Below the pieces are notes generated by a model. That model saw only the letters and a list, made by a program, of their open reading frames with translations. It did no database searches and was not told where the DNA came from. Source: Chrysomallon squamiferum (taxonomy: Eukaryota; Animalia; Mollusca). Taken from it: DNA of 64,000 nt. The translations under genes were made by a program, and so were the position numbers. Positions 53,982 through 64,000 of the stretch are shown piece by piece. How positions within the stretch are numbered: position 1 is the first letter of the stretch; every line of letters starts with the position of its first letter. The DNA is taken from NCBI GenBank assembly GCA_012295275.1, contig CM022665.1, positions 26,660,001-26,724,000 of the forward strand, in the 5' to 3' direction.

Positions 53982-54662
53982 GAAAGAAACTGTAATGTAA
54001 AACAAAAATCGAAAATTTAAAACGGCAAGACTATGTAAATAACAAGTTATCTTTTTGTACAGGGCTGTTCTTTACCATTTCAGTAACAGCCAAATACAAT
54101 TAATTGTATCAAAATACCTTTGGTCAAATAAATACGCTAAAATAATTAATACATCTTTGTTTGCTGCGTATACTTACATATATGTAGATATCCGTACTGG
54201 ATGCTGACAAACCGTAGGATTCTTTATTTCGTTACTTTTAACCTGTAAGTAAATAACTATTGTTATTATCGGCCCAGTTAAACACTGATTTCAGCTTACT
54301 TACATTATTTGATTTCTACAAGTACATACATGATCACGGGTCAAAGGAACAATATCTAATTATGTCTGAATATAAAAATGACATCTAAAGTATTATTATG
54401 TAACGAGAGGAGAAACATCCAAACTCTGCTCTTCTGAATACATAACGCACAAATTTCTGTATTTACCATTTACAGTTGCCAAGCAACTGCTTCATGGTTT
54501 TCGAAATTTTAGGTGTACGAACCCTACTACTTCAAAAAACGTCTTTCCATTGGTTTTATTCTATGTTCGTAACTGCACGCACGCACACTGACACGTGCAT
54601 ACACATCCACGCACACAAACTGAGAGAGCGTATTACACAATCTAGTTAATGACATTAGGAAG

Positions 54663-54706
<44 letters not shown>

Positions 54707-54800
54707 GTAATAAAAGTATTGTTCTGATGTAATAGGGAAACACAGAGCTCGGCTGAGGGATTAAATCAAAGAAAGAAACTGAAAGGAGAAATAATTGTGC

Positions 54801-54803
<3 letters not shown>

Positions 54804-54873
<70 letters not shown>
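54804..54873. repeat. (GA)n microsatellite
   Basis: Directly visible. Confidence 0.95.
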
Positions 54874-54877
<4 letters not shown>

Positions 54878-57800
54878 ACATAATAACAATGGTAACAGTA
54901 ATAACGGACACAATACTGCAATTCAACAGCCTAAAGGAATTAATATTCTAAGTAATGTTCTAATTCTAACACAGTTAAGGGGCAGGCAACACACACCAGA
55001 ATACAAAACAGCTTGCTTATAGCACAGTAAAGAACGAAAACTATAGCAGTAAAGTTGACTTAAACCGCAGACCTGCATGGGCCAATATGATCATTAAACG
55101 GTTTTCGTATGGCAGAACACGATGAGTTACAGCTTGCTAATAACAACTAAGTGGGATATATTGGTGTAATACCCATTTACAATGATCATGAAGAACATCA
55201 CATGGCCAGTTTGGAATGGAAACTCATCCGTACCAGACAAACATTCATTTCCACAATCGTATATCCTCTCGTCTGGATACCATGTATATTGTCTGTCAAC
55301 AGTCGGCTCATTTACACTTCCAGACTTGAGATTAGCCATTAGCAGCATATGCATTCTGTGCTCTCTGCTTGAAATATTGTTACTTTGGCAGCTAGTATTG
55401 ATAGTGAAATGGGAAGATGAGACTGGAAAATATGTCTCCATTTGACTTTTTTTTAAAAAGCTTTATTAATGATAATAATAGTAATAATAATAATCATTAT
55501 TGTTGTTGTTGTTGTTGTGTTATTATTTTTAAAATTAAATTCTCTTGTTTTCTCACCATTAAAAATAATAATAATAATAATAATAAAAATAAATAAATAA
55601 AGTTAGAGGACGATGTTTCTAAATGGTTTCTTTTTTCCTTTCTAAAAAAAAAAAAAAAAAATGAAATTTAGCTTATAAAAATAAAATGGCATCAATATAT
55701 CCGCAATTTCCTGTTTGAATGGGCAAAAAATGGAACTAAAAGAAAAGAAAAGAAAAGAAAGGGGAAATAAGAATACGAAAAAAGGGAGAAAAAAAAAAAA
55801 AGAGACGGAAAATATTTTTAAAAGTGCAGAAAAGCTGTGCAATTTAAAAAACATTACAGATATGCAGCATAATTATTGGAATTTTTTTCATACATTTCTC
55901 CAGTAAGATGAGAAAATGGTGAACTCATTAGAACCGCTTTATTTTTATTTATTTATTTTAAGTAGAAAAAAGAAAAGAAAAGTTAAAAAAAAAAAAAAAA
56001 AATTTAAAACCTCTTATTAAGAAGATTGCGGTAAAGTATAAGTTAATAATACTCTAAATTGCTACAATTTGTTCAGATAATCATAATATTTTATACCGCG
56101 CTTGCATTTACTGTCTATTTTCACATCAGTAGTTTTATATAAAACAAAACAACAACAAAAAAAAAAAAAATGTATATATCTTTTTAATTCAGCTATACAT
56201 TAAATTAGAATTATCTTCTTGCCACTCTTAGAAACTGTAAATAAATGTCATGAAATACTAAGTACCAAACATTATCTACAGCATTAATCTATAATAAGCC
56301 AGATTGCGCATTCATACATTGCACACGTGTCACCAAGCTGTTTATGATCAGTTTTAAGCTTGCCTAACACATGCGCAGATTTAATAGAAAAAAAAAAAAA
56401 AAAAAAAAAAAGAAAGAAAAAAAGAATCTGGCTCATAAGGTCCAATCGGTGCATTTTCTACCAATCAACGAACACATTTTTAAAAACGGAGGCGTCCAAC
56501 ACAAATTAGATGGTCTCGTAAATTAGTTTTTTTTAGATGGTTATATATAAACTAATGGCTTCATCAGATCGTCTTTTAATCTGAGCTGATTAAATAAATC
56601 AGTGGCTACACCAGATGGGATCATAAAATATGGCGCAATCATATATATTGTGTATAGAGTATCAGACTGGAATAAAAAAAAAGGTAGATGGGTAATATAA
56701 ACTAATGGCTAAATTATACTGTAATAAAAATGAGTGTCTAAATCATATGATCCTACAAATTAAGTCAAATGGCTGTAATAAGCTAGTGGGTAAATGAGAT
56801 AGTCATATAAATCAGAAGTTATGAAAAATATATACGTATTTGTTTCAAATGGGATGTGAAAGCTATATTCATTAGTAATGGCCTTTTTAAGACCGGAGGC
56901 ACTTCCTTCTTTCATTTTTTTTTATATTTTTCCATTTTTTTTTACTAGTTTATTATTATTATTTTATTCATTTATTTATTTAATTTTTTTTTATTTTTTT
57001 TTATTTTAATTTTTTTTTTTTTCTTTTTTTTTTAATTTCTGCACAGTGGTTGTTAAAGCATACTAGTTCAAATGAAGATGCCATAGATAAAAATCATCTC
57101 CGAAGACGTATTTCCAGAAGGCTGTCCAACATCACAGAACATCAGGATGTACGTCAAGACAAGTATTGCTTTAACAGTTTTCGTTTTTTTTTCAACATTT
57201 CTTCCACATTACACGGCTATATATCATCCCGAGTGTCCCAAATTCTCTTTTCAAAGAGCTCCCTCTAGAGTTTTGGTCTTTGATGGTAGTAATCCATGTC
57301 AAGAGTTATTACGCCATGTCTGATAACGCGCGAAGCACAAGAGGCCGTTGCTATGCAACCGAAACGCTGGTAATTCCATGCACCTGAATAATATTTTTTT
57401 TATTATTTATTTAAAGGACCCTTAATTTAGCACGACGTACTTTTATTTCAGAAATAAATTTCGTCTTATTTAATATTATTTAAAAAAAAAAAAAAAAAAA
57501 AAACCACATCATGTTTATCGTGAGATTATATTTAACACAATGCATAATGAAGACGACTAAATAACAAAGAATAGCGTATCATATTAAGTTATCTGAGCAC
57601 GTGAAAAAATGACACCAACGGAGCGGAATATTAAATAACTTCATACGGAAATCAGTTCTAGAATGTGAGGGAGAGATATAATCTATTCTTAAATAAAAGC
57701 TATTTTTCTTGGGTGATGGGGGGTAAAACATAATGAGATAATTACCTATCACGATAGTCCTACGTACGGAAATTAATTGTCTACATTTGGCATTAACAAA

Positions 57801-60800
57801 AGTTAATTATTAAGGATTCTGATAACGTATTCTTCAAGTGCTTGTTTCCCCTTGTTTTCGCTTTTCTCGCAACATCTTAAAATAATACGTAATGTTACTA
57901 TGCGAAAATAGCGGAATCAAAATAATTTTAATATAGTACTGGCAGTCAGAAATTATATCAGCAGCGCATTTTAAATGTTTATTAATATTTTCTACCGTTC
58001 GAAATATAAAAAATAAATAAAATTATAAATGGATATATTGTAATAAAATATTTCTATAATTTTTTCTTTTCTTTTTCTTTTCTATCAATTTCTTAAGAAA
58101 GCATTTATACCGAATATTTATGTTAAATTCTATAGAAATGAACAGTGATACAAATTAGTTTTGGTCTTTAAATAAGTATAATAATTACGTATGTATATGT
58201 GCTGTTGATCACATGATTCAATAAATCAAAACACAACGAAAAAACAAAAACAAAAACAAGATGAAACAAGATCGTTTAGTCATGATTAACAGTATACTCA
58301 CGAGTAAAAATAATAACAATACCACCAGAAAAGAAACAGTTAGAAAATAACTGTAATTCTGTCAGCATTAAAATGTATGTCTCTATATAAATAAGGACTA
58401 GTAAATGAACTTCACATACGCCTTTTCACAAAAATAACAGCATTTTCCAAATATTTCAGTTTACTCTTAGTATTATCGACATTACAATATGTTACCTGGG
58501 TATTTATTACAAATCATCTTTGTTAATTTACAATCACAGATGTTACTTATTAAATAACCTCTTAATGTAGATTTATATTTTAAAAATATATTTAAAATGT
58601 TCAGATCTCGCTTCCAGTAGGTTCCGCTGCATTGACATCATCTTGAACTAAGGCAGATGGATACTTCCTGCAGCTAAAGCCATATAGAGAGATGCTATGA
58701 AGTTGTAGTAGGGTGACGCCGATTAAAATGTTGACTATAATCCGAAAACAAATTGAAAAATTAGTGACAAAATTTAAAGATGCAATCAGAGAAAAACATC
58801 GAAAGATATCGACAGCTGGTGTGCAATCAGTAATCTTAAAGGTTTGCGGATCCTGAAAGTTTTCCTTCGTGGTAGGTTGACACCAACAACAATAAGTGAG
58901 CAAAATTGAGCATTTGAAGGATACTCTTAATCCATAATCATATGATACTGAAAGACACTAAAGGTATTGTACAGTCCCTAGCTCTATAGTAGCGTACGTA
59001 TTATTATGTAACAATGACATAAATCATATTTCATCATGGTATAAAACTTTTTGAGACTAATCATTTGTTGAATTCGGCCTGAATACATTTTTATATAATT
59101 ATCGTTAAGTTGATCACGAGACATGATGATGATTTTTTAAATTATTATATTTATTTTTTGAATAACAATTGCGCACACAAGACGGGACACACAGTCAGAG
59201 CAATATTTGCCATTAAGCACAAAGCTGGAGTTTATATCAAGCAACCGACAACAGTAAAACTGATAGATATTATAGTCTCACCTGCTAAAATAGCATCTGG
59301 AAATATCCACGGATAGAAATAAAAAATGTAAGTGATACTGTTTGATACTGGGTACGATAAGTTACCACATTAAATTACTCCATTAAATTACAGAACACCT
59401 GTATTGTCTATAAAATAAAAAAATCGACTCGATATATAAAAAATAAGAAGAAGAAAACAAAAGCCGTATCACTTACGTTGAAAGTAATATATTTTTATTT
59501 AATTCTTTTATTACAAAGTATTTAACTGTTGTTACCACAAACACAAACACACATACACACCAAAAGGTGGGACGGAAACACGTTGTATATGTATTGTTTT
59601 ATGTACCAAGGATCAGCCGCAAACTACCGCCATTTAAACTTTCTGACAGGAGATTGCAATCCATTATCCGGGAAGCAAAAGTTTTTTATTATTATTATTA
59701 TTTTTTTTTTTTTTTGAAGTCTGAAATCATGGGGATGGGGGATTTATAAATAAATTAATTAATTAAAATGCAAATGAAACGTAAATTAATATTCAAATTT
59801 GTAACATTTATTAAGATTCCAGAACCAGAAAAACAGCATCCCTCTTCTTTACTAAAGAAATCACCCAAGACTGAAGAACAGTTATGAATAGGGACTGTAT
59901 CCTTAATATCAAACTCCTACAAATACAACTACTTTAACAAATAAATATATGTCACAATAATTCGGGCCCTTCCAGGTGTTGCAATTCTGAATTAAATTAA
60001 GCAAAGCACATCATCATAGGCTGATAAGTTCTGAAAAATAATAATACACACACAGTTCGCTATTCGGCAGCATAAACGAAACGTATAAAGTTAATGAACA
60101 TGAACATATTTTCGTAAGAACACGCGTATTCACAAGACCGGAAATATCTCTATAAACTCATTTTTCAAACAGTAATATGTATAAGGTGGTTCCTTTCGCG
60201 TCCGCGATACGTTCAACGTAAACGGCTCGATTCAAAATTTTCGCAATAATAAAAAAAAAAAAAAATAATAATAATAAATAATAATAATAAAATAAAAACT
60301 AAAATGCATGTGTTTAGAATTTTATATGGATGAGGTGCAGGACACTGTATATTTTTAGGTTAGTGGTTGAAATCTTCATATTTTGTTAATGTGGATTCAA
60401 GAGCAAAATGTTTTTAAATTAACACATAAATCACAATGTGATTTCTCAATAAAAAAAACAACATACAAATTCTCATGTAGGAATACACTATTTTAGTTAC
60501 ATGATAAAGATTAAACATTTCTTTGAAGTCTTTTTTTTCAAAGATTTCTACATCTGGTATCATATAGTTAAACAAAAAGAAAATTAATACTTTAGTGTAA
60601 TGTTTATCTGATCATGCCTTGATTTATACACACAACAGCACTTTGTTGCTGTAATTTTTCTTTTTACCTGCTGTTAATATTCACTTAAGATTCACAAATT
60701 TAAAACACATTGGTGCTAAATAAATGAAATACATGTATAGTTATGGGAATTACAAAATATATCACATACAAAAACTCTTAGAACATTTATATAATTAAAT

Positions 60801-61069
60801 ATACATATATATATATTTAAAATGTTCTTAAGTTAATAGATAATTAAACAAAATAACACAGTTAATATGACTGAAGGACAATATTTATTTCTCTCTTTCT
60901 GAATTCTAACAACTAAATTATATACACTGAAATGCAAATTAAAACTGAGATGACTTAAGTTCATTTTATAAAAAATAATTATCTTTAAAATTATTATTCA
61001 AATTTATATTGTCACATGATGACAATATTAAACAGAATAAATTATAAAAGAAGATGGAGATAAAAATAA

Positions 61070-61104
<35 letters not shown>

Positions 61105-61666
61105 AAATAAATAAATAAAATGAAACATATACTTACATACACACACAACCCCCACCCCCAAAACACAAGGGAAAACAAATTCAAAAATTCAAAGATAATC
61201 AAAGAAACTAAAAGAAAAAAATGCTCAGATGCTTTAACTTATTTTTATTGTCCCATTTACTACTGTTTATGTACACAAGGTTAAAAACTGTCTTTTTACT
61301 GTACAATCCCTGATATAAGCACATAAACAGTAAGTGTAGTTCAATTATTCACCTTGTATATCTACATATAAATACTGTCTATTAAATATGCTGACTGCAA
61401 TTCCTTCAGCTAGGGTGAGAAGTCATTACTGGCATTCTGTCATCTTCTACATTCTGTCACTGTGATTAAAAACTTCGGAGTGTAAGGGGTAAAAAAACAA
61501 AACAATATCCAGTAAAGGATAACTGCTGCATATATCCAGTGATTGTTTGAAACACGAATACTGTATGCATGTGACAGTATTAAATGAGAACAGTAATTGC
61601 ACTGAAACAAAGAAAGAAAAATATTGTTATTTAAATGCACAAATGAATAAATGGATGAAAGAAAGC

Positions 61667-61752
61667 ATGGATGGATGGATGGATGGATGGATGGATAGAA
61701 GGATGAAATAATTAGAATTGATGAATGGATGAATGAATGGATAGGAGGATGG
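61667..61752. repeat. Imperfect (GGAT)n/(GAAT)n tetranucleotide repeat
   Basis: Directly visible. Confidence 0.85.
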
Positions 61753-64000
61753 AATATTTAGCATTGACAAATGAATATCATTTTAATGACATATTTGAAA
61801 CATTCTAATATTAATGCCTATTACTAAGAACTTACAGTTTAAAAAAAAAAAAATAATAATAATAATAAAATGATATACACAGCAGAAAAGACCACATCAC
61901 CTTTAGAACAAGCTACTCTTATCAATTAGCAGCAAACAATCTTTCAGTTTCACAGTAAGAATTTTAATACACATTTACTGCCAATAACATGGATGTTTTA
62001 TACAATGCAGACATATTATTAACTTAACCAACACAACCTAAGTACACCTGGTACCTTACACTCATATAACACCTTCATTCTGATAACCTAGCATGGTTTG
62101 CATTGCCAACAACTTGCTGCTAAATACACTGCATCCTTATTTGACACTATCTTGTGAAAACAATTACAGTTTGATAAAGTGTGCTACCTTGAAAAGCCAT
62201 GTTTAATGACAAAACAAGAATAATTACATTATCAGCCAAAGCTTTATTGCTGGTTGTTTTTTTTACATTCTTTTTCACACTTTTTTAAAAATTTTATTAA
62301 TAATTTCTTTGATAAAATAAAATGAAATAAACATAAAAATGAAAATAAAGAAACAATCAGAAATTTAAACAGTCTTTATCAATAATTTCTTTAATAAAAA
62401 AAAAAAAAAAAGATTACTACTACTACTGCTACTGCTACTGCTATTTATTATTATTATTACAACTGTTATTAATATACATGTATTCTTGAAAACTCTGATA
62501 TAGCTACATTTTTTTATTGTTGTTGTTGTTGTAAATGGACAAGAATAAAAATAAAAATATACATAATAATGATATAACAATAGCAATAATAAATCATCCC
62601 ACCTGCACCTAATTCCCCTTTAATAAGATGCATATGTGTGCAGTAGATATGTTACAAGTGCAGTCCTCAAAATACACCCAATACTCTATATTTTTTTTTA
62701 TTAAAAAAAATAAATGATAAAAAAACCTCCAACCTTCAAGTTTTCAATTACCCATGAGGAACAAAAATGATTAACCTTAGTGCAGGTCTTGTGAAGTGTT
62801 TGAAACGGCCCCTGATTTATGTTAGCCCATTGAGATTGTTGCCGTAGTTAATAGCTTGCTGTTAAGGAGATAGGCAGCAAATGGATAAACTAATCATCAG
62901 ATGTGTATATATCAGAATATCTCACTTCACATTTAATGGTAATCTGGTGTAATAACAACTTGAGAGTGTATGAATTGCTATTCTCTCTCTCTCTCTCTCT
63001 CAGCCAATTAGAACTTTGTTGAAAAGCTCTTCACAAACAGAAAGACATTCCGGAGTGAAGAAATGATACCAAATTAGACGACTGTGATATAAGCTAATGA
63101 TAAATATGTAATTTTTCATTTCTGGAATATTTAAAGGAAACATAATTTTTTTATTTAATTTGATAAAAAAAAAAAATTAAAAAAAATCTTTATTTGGAAA
63201 ATCTTTTGGGTGGTCTTTCTCTCTTGTGGCACTTGAATTTATTCCAGTTTATTAAATCTAAAGTAGCTCTCTGGCTTTTATCTTTCAACAGAGAAACAAA
63301 CAGAGACTTGCCACAAGGGGGAAGAGCTTAATAATCAGAGGCAAATGGATAGACGTCTGATTGTACTTCCTGACAAGCCAGCTGCAGTCAGTCTAAAGCA
63401 AGCAGCAGTCAGTGGCTATACTCCTATGACAAAATCGACATGTAAATATTAACATTTCTCTTTCACACTTTCTTTTTTTTACTACTGTCTACATCAGCTT
63501 GTATCAACTATTGACAAGTGTAATCTGGGCTCAGCACATACTTTGAAAACTAAGCCTCTCCATGTGTAACCACACACCACCATCAGTTTCTAGAAAACTA
63601 TTGTCCATGGCAAATTGTGGCTCAACTGATATGGGTGTTTAATGACAGACAGGATGCTATCACTTAGAAGTTCTTGACTCTCTGCGGGGCCTCAACAATG
63701 ATGTAAAGAGTGGGAGGTGCCCTGCTACACTGACATTAATGTTTAAACACAGTCTGATTGTACCATATAACCAGCAGGATAGAGGTAAATAAAGATAGGA
63801 AAGCACATAAAAACGCACACAAATGTAAATGGGCATGGGTAAAGGAGGACAAAATTGTAAATAGGTTTATATGAGAGATAGAGATAAATTAACTTTTTGC
63901 TATTTCTGGTTGTTTTCTTTAACAAGAACCATTTGGAACAGAATTAACACCACAAGTATTTCCAGGGTGTGCTAATGTTACAGTTTTTTGTGTACAATAA

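Noticed and set aside
58601-58903. 100-aa minus-strand ORF
   Set aside because: Non-ATG start, no recognisable motif and no supporting exon chain.

Overview
AT-rich, microsatellite-dense eukaryotic DNA with GT-AG introns, from an invertebrate. A lophotrochozoan such as a mollusc is plausible, but that is inference. Reading exons by hand gives five genes. (1) The 5' part of a peroxiredoxin-5 (minus strand, <1-2407). (2) A highly divergent H2A-fold gene (3741-4178, +). (3) A four-exon peripherin-2/RDS-type tetraspanin with a long tyrosine-motif tail (4625-6791, -). (4) A complete 25-exon TTC13 (7802-22629, +, about 856 aa). (5) A four-exon Hlx/H2.0 homeobox gene (35336-47991, +, about 333 aa) in a roughly 34 kb CpG-retaining regulatory landscape. 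Several non-autonomous transposon remnants, a MetaSINE-like core, a duplicated Helitron-like element and many simple repeats are also visible. Most short ORFs in the supplied track are low-complexity artefacts. The most unusual items are the divergent H2A variant, the tetraspanin tail with repeated Y-A-N motifs, the Pro-to-Val change in the PRDX5 active-site motif and an AvrB/Fido-like motif at the TTC13 C-terminus. No database searches were run; family comparisons rely on recalled sequences.
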